Virus record (IMG/VR): IMGVR_UViG_3300023443_000216
Coordinates: 1-55,748 of that record
DNA length: 55,748 bases
Direction: 5' to 3' (one strand)
DNA from: a virus
Lineage: Duplodnaviria; Caudoviricetes
Shown: positions 28,604-38,950 of the stretch, piece after piece
Position numbering within the stretch: position 1 is the stretch's first letter
How the letters are laid out: every line of letters begins with the position of its first letter
Position numbers and translations under genes: made by a program
Notes under the pieces: model-generated
What the model was told of the DNA's origin: nothing
What the model saw: the letters and a program-made list of their open reading frames with translations, nothing else
Database searches by the model: none

Positions 28604-30655
28604 TCAAATTAATTTAAACCCATATTTTGCAGGGTCAGCATTACTTGTATACTCATGAGTTGTAATGATTATCTGTGATGCTTTTATAAAAGCTGCTACC
28701 GTTCTCCTAGAAATTCCTGTATTGGCAACAATTTCTTTAACAGTAGCCTCACCATCTCGCAAGTATTCCAAGATAGCTGTACCGTTATTCTGACTCTTGG
28801 ATGCTATCTCTAGTTCAATAAACATATTAATGTTGGTAGTATTAATGTCTATTAATCCCGTTTCATCAAATCCAATATCTACCTTCATCTGTTTGGGTTT
28901 AGCTATATCATTAGCTTTAGTTACTGTTAGCCCTATGCCTAGATGGTTAGGTATATTGTCATCACTAGTCAATTGAATAATCACATCAGCAGCAGCATCA
29001 AACATCTGGCTACCATAAATGTGACTAGCATCTGCTCTAGGTGAGTGGGCCAATCCTAACCACGCTATCTCTAGTCCATTAAGTAAATCCATTATCCTGT
29101 TAGCAAATGTGTTCTCTGTAAGGCTCCCAGAGGCTCCTGCCCTGCTTATGGAGTCTACTAGTACTAACTTCACTCCATACGTCTCTATGGCCTTTAGAAT
29201 CGCTTCGTGTACATCTTCTAGTGTTCTCCCACGTCCATTGATTGTAAGTAGTGGACGATCTACAGGTAGACCAAGTGCTTGGTTGACTTGAGCTATACGT
29301 CTACCCACTGAATAACCAGACCTTTCTAGGTTTAAGAATAGTACTTTTTCTGCTCTTGGTATATTCCATATAGTGTTGTTACCTGAATCTAAACAGATAG
29401 CCATAGCTATACCTGTCCAACTCTTACCTTGTCCTGGTGGAGCAAAGATAATGGTACCGGCTTCTGGCATAACATATGGTTTGATTAGAAATACTTGTTC
29501 CTTTATTTCAGTAATTACATGATCCATTGCTTCCAATTGACCTAGATATAAATCCCATAAGACAGCAGTAAATTCATCCAGCCACTGTTTCATCACACGC
29601 TTATCTATTTGCTTTTCCCAGTTATCTGGTAATTTACTATAAGCAGAATTGTTTAGCGTAACCCGTTCTGAATCTCTTTCAATATTGAAATTAGTCCATG
29701 CTAAAATTAACCCATTAAAAATTATCTCAATACGTGCATGTATTCCTGTTTTTTCTTTGCGTATATTGGTAGCTTTAAGGGTTAATTCTATATCGTCATT
29801 AAGTTGTTCTGTATAGGTTATTATTTCACCACGATTTTCCCTCGGTATGTTTACCTTACTAACATCTATCTTGTACTTGTCAGGTGATAGTTCTGTTGGC
29901 ATTTGAGTTGGGTATTTCTGCGCACTGTTGATAGTGGTTTCTAATTCATCCAAATCCATAGGTGGATCACAGCGTTCAGCATAATCAGCTAAGATAGCAC
30001 TGACAAATTCAGGAGGGATGTTTCTGGTTCGGAAGAAACTGGCCAATTGGTGAGCTGTGTTATTACGTTCTCCTTCTCCAGCCCCATCATTGTATGCATT
30101 AACAAGCCATTGTAAATAAGATCCATCTCCAATTGGACCATTAGTTTCAGATACTCCAGTTCTTCTGTTGTAAAGTATATCGGGTGGTAAATCAAATCTT
30201 GCGAAGACATCACTGTTAGCTTCAACTTTATATTCTTCCCCATCAACTATACTAGGGGGCATGACAGCAATACCCCCATCATTACGTACATCTATACCAG
30301 GTAGGAAATTAGCACCTGTGTACAACAGAGACTGGTATTGATATAGGTGATGTGTACCGTGGGGGGTTTTGTGCTTGCGTGTGTCTGGGAGAGGCTCAGG
30401 TAACATTGTGAGCGATTCTATGCCCTTGCTGCCATCTATGTCTATCAGTGTTATGCCTGATATTTCACCTGTGACTATGGCAACATTAGCATCTGGCCAT
30501 TTAGACCACCACTCTTTTATCTGTTCCTTAGTTGTTCTATTCTCTTGATACTTCTTCCAGTCCACAGCAGGTACTTTGGTTCCAGGTTTACAGGGTATGA
30601 CACACCATCCGCGCTCAAAATACACGAGCGCAGCTTGCAGAAACCTATTATCCAT
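28604..30655 (-). CDS. Bifunctional primase/polymerase with PriCT-1 and AAA helicase domains
   Basis: WPDANVAIVTG...IDID, HHLY, IDVR...VMPPS; GEGERN (PriCT); APPGQGKS, VLVDS; C-terminal HTH. Confidence 0.9.
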   Translation of the reverse strand: MDNRFLQAALVYFERGWCVIPCKPGTKVPAVDWKKYQENRTTKEQIKEWWSKWPDANVAIVTGEISGITLIDIDGSKGIESLTMLPEPLPDTRKHKTPHGTHHLYQYQSLLYTGANFLPGIDVRNDGGIAVMPPSIVDGEEYKVEANSDVFARFDLPPDILYNRRTGVSETNGPIGDGSYLQWLVNAYNDGAGEGERNNTAHQLASFFRTRNIPPEFVSAILADYAERCDPPMDLDELETTINSAQKYPTQMPTELSPDKYKIDVSKVNIPRENRGEIITYTEQLNDDIELTLKATNIRKEKTGIHARIEIIFNGLILAWTNFNIERDSERVTLNNSAYSKLPDNWEKQIDKRVMKQWLDEFTAVLWDLYLGQLEAMDHVITEIKEQVFLIKPYVMPEAGTIIFAPPGQGKSWTGIAMAICLDSGNNTIWNIPRAEKVLFLNLERSGYSVGRRIAQVNQALGLPVDRPLLTINGRGRTLEDVHEAILKAIETYGVKLVLVDSISRAGASGSLTENTFANRIMDLLNGLEIAWLGLAHSPRADASHIYGSQMFDAAADVIIQLTSDDNIPNHLGIGLTVTKANDIAKPKQMKVDIGFDETGLIDINTTNINMFIELEIASKSQNNGTAILEYLRDGEATVKEIVANTGISRRTVAAFIKASQIIITTHEYTSNADPAKYGFKLI

Positions 30656-30666
30656 TAGACTAGCCC

Positions 30667-30870
30667 CTAATTTTCTTTTAAAAATTCTTTTTCGTAGTCG
30701 TCTAAAGCTTTCCAGACTTTGTCATAGGTTCTGATCCCTGAAGTAATATCTGCTTCTAGTTTACTTATTTGTTGTTGACTAACTTCAGCCTTTTGTGCCA
30801 ACGTCTTCTGATCTAGGTCCAGTTCTATTCTCTTTAGCTTTATTAACTTTCCATCAGAATGGTAAATCAT
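30667..30870 (-). CDS. XRE-family HTH regulator
   Basis: KRIELDLDQKTLAQKAEVSQQQISKLE. Confidence 0.82.
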   Translation of the reverse strand: MIYHSDGKLIKLKRIELDLDQKTLAQKAEVSQQQISKLEADITSGIRTYDKVWKALDDYEKEFLKEN

Positions 30871-31267
30871 CTACGCCATCTACATACGTTTGTGATACTT
30901 CATCAGATGAAAGTGCTTTATCATAGACTTTAACGTCTCTAATTTCCCCGTCAAGTTGGTTTCCACTGCTCAAGAATTGCACAATATTTACATTTACATC
31001 TAAGCTAGAACGTTTTTCACCATCTCTGGTTTCATACTCCCTCTTGGTTAGTAGACCCTCTACGTAGACCTGTGAACCTTTGGTTAGATACTGTTCACAT
31101 ATATCTGCTAACTTACCCCAAGCAGAACAGTTGAACCATTCAGTATTGTCTTCGCCATTACGTTTGTTGTCACTAGCTAATGAGAAGGATGTAACAGCAT
31201 TACCATTGGGTGTATACCTCATAGTTGGGTCTTGTCCTAATCGTCCGATAATAATTGCTTTATGCAT
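30854..31267 (-). CDS. ssb: Single-stranded DNA-binding protein
   Basis: IIGRLGQDP.MRYTPNG, TEWF, KGSQVYVEG, C-terminal DDLPF. Confidence 0.95.
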   Translation of the reverse strand: MHKAIIIGRLGQDPTMRYTPNGNAVTSFSLASDNKRNGEDNTEWFNCSAWGKLADICEQYLTKGSQVYVEGLLTKREYETRDGEKRSSLDVNVNIVQFLSSGNQLDGEIRDVKVYDKALSSDEVSQTYVDGVDDLPF

Positions 31268-31293
31268 TAGTTTTCTCCTTCAGTCCTTAACGA

Positions 31294-32055
31294 TTACGTT
31301 TGGTTCTCAATATGTCTGATAACATCCCCAAGTTGTACTTCTGATAATTTCCTCACTGTGTCTACCTTATATGTCTTTTCTATGTATTCGTTTACATCCT
31401 CCATACTCATATCTGCTGCAACTCTGGCATCATTGAAAGCCGTGAGCAGTGCAAAGTCTGCTGTTGCATTGGTAGTTTCTGGTGCCTGTACAGCTTTCTT
31501 AGGTCTACCACGTGGTGTCTTGCTAACGCTAGTTGCACTTGTGGGTGTCTCAACCGTTGCAGGGGTCTCTACGGGCTTCTCAAGAGCTTGTAGAGTATCT
31601 CTAGTGATATCAATACCTTCCAATTTAGCGTAGAAAAATGTAACCCAATTACCTATATCCTGAAAGATTTTCCATTGTTCCACTTCCACCACAACAGTGG
31701 GAGCAACCATCCTAGTAGCCATGTGGTAGGCTTCAGTCCAACGCACTTCTTCTTTACTACGTCTAAATTCACCTTGACCATCAACAACTGGTGTAGACAT
31801 ACTCAGACCATGTTCATCAGCATCTACAGTCATCCAAGTAGATAGGTTCTTGTAATCACCATTCACTTCATATGCAAACTCATATGCTTGGCCTACTTCA
31901 ACTTCTCTAGCTGATTGATCAAAACAAGAATACCAAGACTCAACACCTCTAGCATCCTTGAGTTGGAAAGCATACCTGGTCCATTTACCCTTACCATCTT
32001 TCCTATCACCTTGTTTGGTTTCTGAGTTTGTGACTATACCAATTATGTTATCCAA
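31294..32055 (-). CDS. Hypothetical protein, possible OB-fold recombination/ssDNA-binding protein
   Basis: N-terminal OB-like pattern (GKWTRYAF...WYSCF...YKNL); adjacent to ssb. Confidence 0.5.
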   Translation of the reverse strand: MDNIIGIVTNSETKQGDRKDGKGKWTRYAFQLKDARGVESWYSCFDQSAREVEVGQAYEFAYEVNGDYKNLSTWMTVDADEHGLSMSTPVVDGQGEFRRSKEEVRWTEAYHMATRMVAPTVVVEVEQWKIFQDIGNWVTFFYAKLEGIDITRDTLQALEKPVETPATVETPTSATSVSKTPRGRPKKAVQAPETTNATADFALLTAFNDARVAADMSMEDVNEYIEKTYKVDTVRKLSEVQLGDVIRHIENQT

Positions 32056-32344
32056 TTCCTAATACCTCCAGTTCTGCTTCTTGTAACATTTTGATAACAG
32101 GTTCAGATGTTTCTTGTCTGTCATTCCAACTAGCTACCCCACCATTTATATGTTGAATTAAATAATTATATATGATATTTTTTTGTACCATAGTAATGGT
32201 TCCATCAGATTCAGATACCCTAATTGCCCCTAAAATACACCACATACATGCATCAGGACTATCTGTTGCAACAAACTCACTATATTTATCTCTAGCTGAT
32301 ACTTCTATAGTCCAACCTTTTTGTACATATTCACTTGGTAACAT
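32048..32344 (-). CDS. Hypothetical phage protein (GW...ARD...WCxxGA...WND type)
   Basis: KGWT..SARD, WCILGAI, SWNDRQ; TGATG-coupled start. Confidence 0.6.
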   Translation of the reverse strand: MLPSEYVQKGWTIEVSARDKYSEFVATDSPDACMWCILGAIRVSESDGTITMVQKNIIYNYLIQHINGGVASWNDRQETSEPVIKMLQEAELEVLGIG

Positions 32345-33195
32345 CAGATAATTACCTCCTGTTCTATCCAATTTACTCTGTGGCCACGCTTGGGTATGAG
32401 ATGTATACGACAACCTCCAATTGATACCGGTGTTAACATCCGCTGTTCTGGATAATGTCCTCCAGCCCTGTTACCAAATCTACTACCCTGCATATAACCT
32501 TGCAACCATCCTCCTGTACATGTCATACTACGATCTTTGTGTGTCAATTCAGGGGTATCATAAGCACCATTCAGGTAAAGAAAAGGCTTTTTTGCGGTAA
32601 CGGCTTTGTGTTGATGAGCCATAAGGAAACAATCGGCATCGAATGTCTTAAGTTTATCCTCTAGTTTGTTTAAAGGTGCACCAGAATTTTGACCACCACC
32701 CTCACCATGATGTGCCCAGATCTTAAATGTAACAACATTACCATAACTATTAGTAAAGAGTAGATTGAACATAGTGCTATCACCCAGGAATCTAGTTTCT
32801 AATCTATCAGCTATTTTAGTATCACTAGTCTCCCCATTACCATAATCAAAATAGTGGTGTCCCTCTAGCATACCAAGCCATTTACCTTCAGTACCTTCTA
32901 CTAATTTGAGGAATCCATTGATATGATTGTTGATCTCCTTCCCTATACCTTTAACAAAATGTTCATCTTCATTAAGATCAGAAGCAGCATACTTCTTACG
33001 TAGAGAGGGACGTATGGAATCAGTATAATCACCTAGACCTAGAAATAAAATCTGCCAATCTTCATACTCTTTTAATAGACGCTTGATAGATCTACGAAAG
33101 GCATCAGCAGAGCAAGCATCAGATCCAAACTGTACATCACTAACAGGTATCAAAACTGTGGGTTTCCACTCTACCCGTTGACTAAAAACTTCCAC
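32344..33195 (-). CDS. Calcineurin-like metallophosphoesterase
   Basis: SDVQFG, GLGDYTD, EGHH, HHG, MAHQH. Confidence 0.8.
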   Translation of the reverse strand: MEVFSQRVEWKPTVLIPVSDVQFGSDACSADAFRRSIKRLLKEYEDWQILFLGLGDYTDSIRPSLRKKYAASDLNEDEHFVKGIGKEINNHINGFLKLVEGTEGKWLGMLEGHHYFDYGNGETSDTKIADRLETRFLGDSTMFNLLFTNSYGNVVTFKIWAHHGEGGGQNSGAPLNKLEDKLKTFDADCFLMAHQHKAVTAKKPFLYLNGAYDTPELTHKDRSMTCTGGWLQGYMQGSRFGNRAGGHYPEQRMLTPVSIGGCRIHLIPKRGHRVNWIEQEVII

Positions 33196-33481
33196 AACTA
33201 CACTCTCCTATCTGTTTAGAATATAATTCATAAAGATGCCATACAAAAGGTGGACTCATCCAAGTACCAATATAACCATACCTAGAATCTATATTCTGCC
33301 CAGTACCATAAATAATAAAATATCTCTCTTCTAATCCTTCTTCAGTATTCACTTCTGCCCATAACATTGGTTCTCCATTCTGCTCAGATACATGCACTAC
33401 CATAGCATCTTTTGGCATTAAAACAATCCCAGACGTAAAAGGTAGAGGATACTTATAAACAGTTTTCATATATTCTCCCAC
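33182..33481 (-). CDS. Conserved hypothetical phage protein
   Basis: VYKYPL...MLWAEV...IYGTG...YIGT...FVWHLYE. Confidence 0.7.
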   Translation of the reverse strand: MGEYMKTVYKYPLPFTSGIVLMPKDAMVVHVSEQNGEPMLWAEVNTEEGLEERYFIIYGTGQNIDSRYGYIGTWMSPPFVWHLYELYSKQIGECSCGSF

Positions 33482-33490
33482 TATGTGCCT

Positions 33491-33934
33491 TTAACTCGAA
33501 TATTTACCCCTGTTAGAATATGTCTTGGGTGGTGCATCATAAGCGTAGTGTTCAGTACCACATTGTCTACACCTGTAAGATTCCATGCCATCTGTAAAAT
33601 CGTGAAAGAAGTTGTGTACTCCTATGGCTCTGCATTTCCTACATTCTTGTGGTGATTCCATACCCTTCCTTAGAGGATTTACTATCTCTGGTACTCTGAT
33701 TCCCCATTTAGCAATACCTTTAATTTCTGTAGGAGTTAGAATTCTGCATTTTATACATTGATTACTCCCACATCTACATTTTCTATAAAAATTAGAATTT
33801 TCACAAACTTTACAGTGTCTAATTTTACGCCCATGTCTACCCATAGACCATCTGGTATTTTTCTCATCAAATGGATGGTCACGCATACAGTGTGTTTTAG
33901 CTTCATTTTTTGCCGACATGCCTTGTAATGGCAT
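33491..33934 (-). CDS. Zn-finger protein with HNH-associated KTHC..H..NT module
   Basis: AKTHCMRDHPFDEKNT...RHCKVC and further CxxC pairs. Confidence 0.6.
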   Translation of the reverse strand: MPLQGMSAKNEAKTHCMRDHPFDEKNTRWSMGRHGRKIRHCKVCENSNFYRKCRCGSNQCIKCRILTPTEIKGIAKWGIRVPEIVNPLRKGMESPQECRKCRAIGVHNFFHDFTDGMESYRCRQCGTEHYAYDAPPKTYSNRGKYSS

Positions 33935-33936
33935 AT

Positions 33937-34170
33937 TTAATTATCCTCGAATTTCTCAATGGTCAACAGTAGTTTCATACGTGTTTCTTGATACACTACA
34001 CTGCCGATAGTTTGTGGTGAGGCTATAAAGGGGAGATTATAGAAAGCTAACTCTGCTGCTTCAAGAAGAGTAGGGAAAGCGTCTAGTTTTTTACGTAGGA
34101 GTTTGCAAGGATCACACGCTGTAGCACCAAATATGGGTGTCTCACAAAAATCACAAACTAGTAATTCCAT
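33937..34170 (-). CDS. Hypothetical Zn-finger protein
   Basis: CDFC...CDPC. Confidence 0.5.
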   Translation of the reverse strand: MELLVCDFCETPIFGATACDPCKLLRKKLDAFPTLLEAAELAFYNLPFIASPQTIGSVVYQETRMKLLLTIEKFEDN

Positions 34171-34350
34171 TATTCCTCTTCATCATACTTTTTAATAATT
34201 TCTGTAACATCCACAACAGGTTCCCAATAATCTAATGCAGGAAGTGCTCCATGCCCAATACCAGCCTTATTAAAAGCATCAGCGATGTCATAACCTTCTA
34301 CAATTTGGTCCTTCATTCCACCACGCCAATGTAATATAAACGTTTTCATT

Positions 34351-34569
34351 TTAATACAACTCCTTTAACTTTTCCTCTAGTTCTTCACCTGTAGGTTTAC
34401 TCTCTTCCCATTCTTTGGTTGGTACAAAGTGACCCCATCGTATCATTTCTTCTCTAGCATTAGCACATTCTGGACATTCACATAATACAGAACCATCACA
34501 TTCATCTAGACATTCTGTGGTCATTATTAATTCTCCTGTAAAATAATATACTGCTTTCCAGCCTATCAC
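34351..34569 (-). CDS. Hypothetical Cys-rich protein
   Basis: CLDEC...CECPEC; start probably at MTTE. Confidence 0.45.
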   Translation of the reverse strand: MIGWKAVYYFTGELIMTTECLDECDGSVLCECPECANAREEMIRWGHFVPTKEWEESKPTGEELEEKLKELY

Positions 34570-34618
34570 CTCTTTGGTAAAGATTCAATTAAATTTAGTA
34601 ACGGTTTGGTTAAGACTA

Positions 34619-34647
34619 TTGTATTTCCTTGATGCTAGTGCTACTAT
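34619..34647 (+). promoter_or_regulatory. Promoter for neuC (extended -10)
   Basis: TTGTAT-N17-TACTAT with TGn; ATG at 34658 without an obvious RBS. Confidence 0.55.
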
Positions 34648-34657
34648 TTATAATAGT

Positions 34658-35752
34658 ATGAGAAAGATTTCAATTGTGGTAGATTCTAGAACTAACTGGA
34701 CTAAGGCAAGGTCAGTATGTGAAGCTGTATCTGCCCATGATGATCTGACATTATCTCTTGCTGTCTGTGGTCCTATGTCTAACCTATGGCGTGAGTATCT
34801 AGATGGTTGGACACCTGATAATGTTCTAGATACCTATTATGGTCAACAAGGATCTATGCTTGATCAATCAATAAATCTATTAACAGCATTGAGATCATAC
34901 TTAAACCACACCCAACCCGATATAGTCATAGCCCTAACAGATAGGTATGAAACACTAGCTATTGCCCAGGCTGCTACCTTGATGAACATACACATAGCCC
35001 ATATTCAAGGTGGTGAAGTTACTGGCAATATAGATGAAAGTATCAGACACGCAGTAACTAAACTATCACACATACATTTTCCTGCAACGGCACGTAGTGC
35101 CAAGAGAATTATCAAAATGGGGGAAGATCCTAAATATGTACGAACTGTTGGGTGTCCTAGCATTGATCTGCTTAGCCGTGTGGATACTACGGAGAGGCTG
35201 GTAGAGGAGCCTTACATACTTTTCCTTATGCATCCAGTCACAACTGAGTTAGAGGCTGTGTATGAGGCTACCAGAGCCACGATAGAGGGTATACGTCAAG
35301 CATGGACCGGTAAGATTATTACTATTGGACCTAACCATGATGCAGGATATCAAGAAGTTTGGAGAGCTATTAAAGACGAAAAGTATGCTATAAAAAATAC
35401 TAATTTAATTTATAGTAATGTAACTAATGAAACCTTCACTTTGTTAATGGCACATGCTGAAGTCATGGTAGGTAATAGTAGTGCTGGTATACATGAAGCT
35501 GGGTATTTTGGTACACCTGTTGTAGATGTAGGTATTAGGCAGCAATATAGGGAAAGAGGAACCAATGTTAATCGTAAAAAACCTATATTAAAATCAAACG
35601 CACATCCAATTTCAATGGCAGTTGACATGCAATTATGTCATGGTAAATATGAACCTGAACAAATCTATGGTAATGGTCAAGCCGGTATGGCTATAGCAGA
35701 TATATTGGCTACCATTGATCTACCACCTATACAGAAGAAGATAGTGTATTAA
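34658..35752 (+). CDS. neuC: UDP-N-acetylglucosamine 2-epimerase (hydrolysing), NeuC/LegG family
   Basis: DRYETLA, HIQGGEVTGNIDESIRHAVTKLSHIHF, VGCPSID, HPVT, GNSSAGI, RQQYRE. Confidence 0.93.
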   Translation: MRKISIVVDSRTNWTKARSVCEAVSAHDDLTLSLAVCGPMSNLWREYLDGWTPDNVLDTYYGQQGSMLDQSINLLTALRSYLNHTQPDIVIALTDRYETLAIAQAATLMNIHIAHIQGGEVTGNIDESIRHAVTKLSHIHFPATARSAKRIIKMGEDPKYVRTVGCPSIDLLSRVDTTERLVEEPYILFLMHPVTTELEAVYEATRATIEGIRQAWTGKIITIGPNHDAGYQEVWRAIKDEKYAIKNTNLIYSNVTNETFTLLMAHAEVMVGNSSAGIHEAGYFGTPVVDVGIRQQYRERGTNVNRKKPILKSNAHPISMAVDMQLCHGKYEPEQIYGNGQAGMAIADILATIDLPPIQKKIVY

Positions 35753-35874
35753 TAAACATGTTGAGTAAATGTAAACATAGCATTTGTTATTCCAAATGGT
35801 CGCCATTGGCACATCTTTTAGCTTATTTATCTACATGGAGAATTCCTCCTAGAGATTGGGACTTTTATTGAAAA

Positions 35875-36804
35875 ATGAGAATACTTATTACAGGAAGTAA
35901 AGGATTTATAGGACGCTACCTATGTGCACGTCTGGCTAAAGAAGATGGTTTAACTACTCAAGGAATAGATCTACACAGCATCTTACAATCTTCTTGTGAC
36001 TCCTTTAGGATACGAGATATCAGGGATAGAGATGGTTTAGCTTTAGAGTTCGATATTTTCAGGCCCCATGTTGTTATGCATTTAGCAGCAACTCTAGGCG
36101 TTCAAAATGTTATGGATAATCCTGGTGCAACTATACGCGACAATGTTGTAGGAGCCATGAACATTATTGACCTTGCCCAATCCTATGGCGCCCATGTTTT
36201 CTTTGCATCCACATCAGATATTTATGGCCACAACACAGATTTACCTTTTAAGGAAGATTCCTATTCTGTTATTGGTCCTGCCCATGAACCTAGGTGGTCT
36301 TATGCTATCAGTAAATTAGCTGGTGAACATCTAACCCAAGCAGCAAATGGAACTACGATACGTTTCTTTAACATCACGGGCCCTGGACAGTCTGATTCCT
36401 ATGTTCTACCACACTTTATAAAGACGGCACTACAGGGTAAGAATATCCGAGTCTATGGGGATGGTAGTCAAACTAGATGTTTTACTGATGTGCGTGATGT
36501 GGCTAGTGCACTTGTAGGATTCATAGATCTATGTGTTGCTGATGAACAAGAGCGTATAGAAGGGGAGACTTACAACCTAGGTAGTACACATGAAGTAACC
36601 ATGTTGGAATTAGCCTACCTTGTACGTGAAATTGTAAATCCTTCTGTAAATATTAGCTTACTACAACCTCCACATTTATATACAGAGATGCCACACAGGA
36701 AACCGGATACTGCTAAGGTCAAAGAACTGTTAGGATGGAGACCAAGGATCACGTTACGTAGAACTATCGAGGATACTGCTTCTTACTGGAGAAATATACT
36801 ATGA
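35875..36804 (+). CDS. NAD-dependent NDP-sugar epimerase/dehydratase
   Basis: ITGSKGFIG, HLAA, FASTSDIYG, RWSYAISK, GDGSQTRCFTDVRD. Confidence 0.9.
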   Translation: MRILITGSKGFIGRYLCARLAKEDGLTTQGIDLHSILQSSCDSFRIRDIRDRDGLALEFDIFRPHVVMHLAATLGVQNVMDNPGATIRDNVVGAMNIIDLAQSYGAHVFFASTSDIYGHNTDLPFKEDSYSVIGPAHEPRWSYAISKLAGEHLTQAANGTTIRFFNITGPGQSDSYVLPHFIKTALQGKNIRVYGDGSQTRCFTDVRDVASALVGFIDLCVADEQERIEGETYNLGSTHEVTMLELAYLVREIVNPSVNISLLQPPHLYTEMPHRKPDTAKVKELLGWRPRITLRRTIEDTASYWRNIL

Positions 36805-36995
36805 GTAAGTATGGAACCGCATTTGTAGAAAGTGAGCTTTTTTTAGCTGCTACAGAACAAGACCGTACAGAAATTAAAAATTTACTGGTTGATATGACAG
36901 ATGGTGAATTACACAAATTGTATCTTGCTTGTAATTTTCTAAGTGGTGTAGTACTTGTATTTAAAGAGGATCACCATGATCGTAGATCTTACTAG
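36801..36995 (+). CDS. Hypothetical protein
   Basis: ATGA-coupled. Confidence 0.45.
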   Translation: MSKYGTAFVESELFLAATEQDRTEIKNLLVDMTDGELHKLYLACNFLSGVVLVFKEDHHDRRSY

Positions 36996-37209
36996 GTCCA
37001 GTAATATTACCTACCTCTATATCCCTACCACAAATTTCCAGATCCCCAATTATCATCCTTTGACTATAGGGACCACCACCATCAACAGTAACATAACCAG
37101 ACATACACGCCATTGGAGACTGGCTAGGATTTCCAATAATCGCAAACAGTGATACCCATAGCATAGTAGCTATTACTGAACCTAATAAAATCCATCTAAC
37201 TTTAAACAA
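36961..37209 (-). CDS. Hypothetical membrane protein
   Basis: N-terminal TM helix; GGAGG RBS. Confidence 0.5.
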   Translation of the reverse strand: MFKVRWILLGSVIATMLWVSLFAIIGNPSQSPMACMSGYVTVDGGGPYSQRMIIGDLEICGRDIEVGNITGPSKIYDHGDPL

Positions 37210-37257
37210 ACTAAGTCCCTCCCTCCAACCGCTCTTTACTTACAACCTTTGAGCTTT

Positions 37258-38256
37258 TTATAATAACACATCAGCATCATAATCCCTAGAAGCGTCTGTA
37301 CCTAAAAGTTGTTCATACTCTGAAGCCGGTATACCTGTACCTGGGCGCTTGATTCCTATATTCTCTCTGGTTAGTGGATCGCCTACTGTGATTGGTTTGA
37401 GAGTTACCACACTATGATTGGCAATATCCCTTAATTCTTGTTCCCCTTCTATCAGAGTTTCCATACCTGTAGCTTGATACTGTAATCCTTCCCAAATTTC
37501 CATACCCATATCTACCATCTGCTTGAATTCACTGGGCAGTAGGGATACTTTATGATCAGGTCCATCAGCACTTTTATCTAGCGTCACATGTTTTTCTATA
37601 GCAACGGCACCTCTAGCAATAGCCCCTAAAGCAGTTGATATAGTGGGTGTATGATCTGATTGTCCTACTGGAACATTGAAGGTAGACCTAAGCCAATCTA
37701 TCCTGTGTAGTCGTGTTTGTTCTGGTGTTGAAGGATAATTACTAGTGCAGTTCATCAGTATGATTTGTGTGTTTATTTTACGTACAGCGTCTATAGAAGC
37801 TATCAACTCCTCTCGTGTAATCATACCAGTAGAGATGATCATAGGCTTACCCTTGCTAGCTACATGTTCTAAAAAAGGAATATTATTGGCTTCACCACTA
37901 CCGGTCTTAAAAGCACTAACATCTATTTTATCTAATTGATCAGCAGCTTCTCTACAGAAAGGTGTGCATAAAAATCCAGCACCAGCATTTTCTACATATT
38001 CTTTAAGAGCAGCTAATTGATCTATAGAAATTTTACATCTCTGCATCAAATCATACCAAAGATGTGTAGGCAGCATTTCATAATCAGGTAGGTGTAGTTG
38101 AGTTTTGATAATATCTGCACCAGCTTCAGCACACTGCATAGCCAATTCACCAGCTTCAGACAAGCTACCATTATGATTGATCCCTAATTCTGCGATAAAT
38201 ACAGGCTTGAATCTACCACCCACAGGTAAACCATTTATGTTAATTGTCTTAACCAT
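37258..38256 (-). CDS. neuB: N-acetylneuraminate/nonulosonate synthase with C-terminal SAF domain
   Basis: IAELGINHNG, FLCTPF, KTGSGE, KPMIISTGM, CTSNYP, SDHT, IEKHVTLDK..GPDH, KRPGTGI. Confidence 0.95.
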   Translation of the reverse strand: MVKTININGLPVGGRFKPVFIAELGINHNGSLSEAGELAMQCAEAGADIIKTQLHLPDYEMLPTHLWYDLMQRCKISIDQLAALKEYVENAGAGFLCTPFCREAADQLDKIDVSAFKTGSGEANNIPFLEHVASKGKPMIISTGMITREELIASIDAVRKINTQIILMNCTSNYPSTPEQTRLHRIDWLRSTFNVPVGQSDHTPTISTALGAIARGAVAIEKHVTLDKSADGPDHKVSLLPSEFKQMVDMGMEIWEGLQYQATGMETLIEGEQELRDIANHSVVTLKPITVGDPLTRENIGIKRPGTGIPASEYEQLLGTDASRDYDADVLL

Positions 38257-38950
38257 TAAAAAATCTCCTACGAGTCTCTAAGTCTCGAAACATATCCTGA
38301 TACCCCATAGTGTAGTAGAAGTGTTCCATCAAATCCCAAGTAAACTGATCATCAACATTCGCTAGAGACTGATCTTTAGGTGTTTGTACTGGCACCATCC
38401 TGTAGGTAAAAGGGAAACCATGTAATACATTTTCAGTTTTAAAAACATAGAGTACACCATTTTCACGCATTAGTGGCTGTAGCAGAGCCTTTGGTGTCAT
38501 AGGTATGTATGTTGGAGCATAAAGATTACCAGCACGTGAACCAATCTTATAACTATCTAGATCAACAGACACCACACCATCAACATCCTTGCCCTCTATC
38601 TCTCTTATCCATTTATCAACAAGACTGGGTTGGCGTAAGGGGCAAGTTGGTTGAAGTAATACTACCCAATCATATTTAAAATCTTCCATCACACATTGAA
38701 GTGTTTCTGTTAAAGGTGCAGAATCTGTAGTAAATTTATCGGGTATTTGAACTGTTTCATCTGTATATAGTCTAGCGGCTTCTAATATTTCAGAACTATC
38801 ACTAACCACAACAACACGATCAATAGTGTTACAAGCCTGTGCAACAAGACAAGAGTATGCAATCAGAGGTCTATTGTCTAGAATCTTCACATTTTTCTGG
38901 GGTAAGCGTTTCGAGTTACCACGTGCTGGTATGACTGCGACTACTGACAC
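38249..38950 (-). CDS. neuA: CMP-nonulosonate (acylneuraminate) cytidylyltransferase
   Basis: IPARGNSKRLPQKN, LLQPTCPLR, ENGVLY. Confidence 0.92.
   Translation of the reverse strand: MSVVAVIPARGNSKRLPQKNVKILDNRPLIAYSCLVAQACNTIDRVVVVSDSSEILEAARLYTDETVQIPDKFTTDSAPLTETLQCVMEDFKYDWVVLLQPTCPLRQPSLVDKWIREIEGKDVDGVVSVDLDSYKIGSRAGNLYAPTYIPMTPKALLQPLMRENGVLYVFKTENVLHGFPFTYRMVPVQTPKDQSLANVDDQFTWDLMEHFYYTMGYQDMFRDLETRRRFFNG

Noticed and set aside
34574-34657. N-terminal extension of NeuC in the ORF track
   Set aside because: The family N-terminus starts at MRKI (34658), and the extension overlaps promoter elements.
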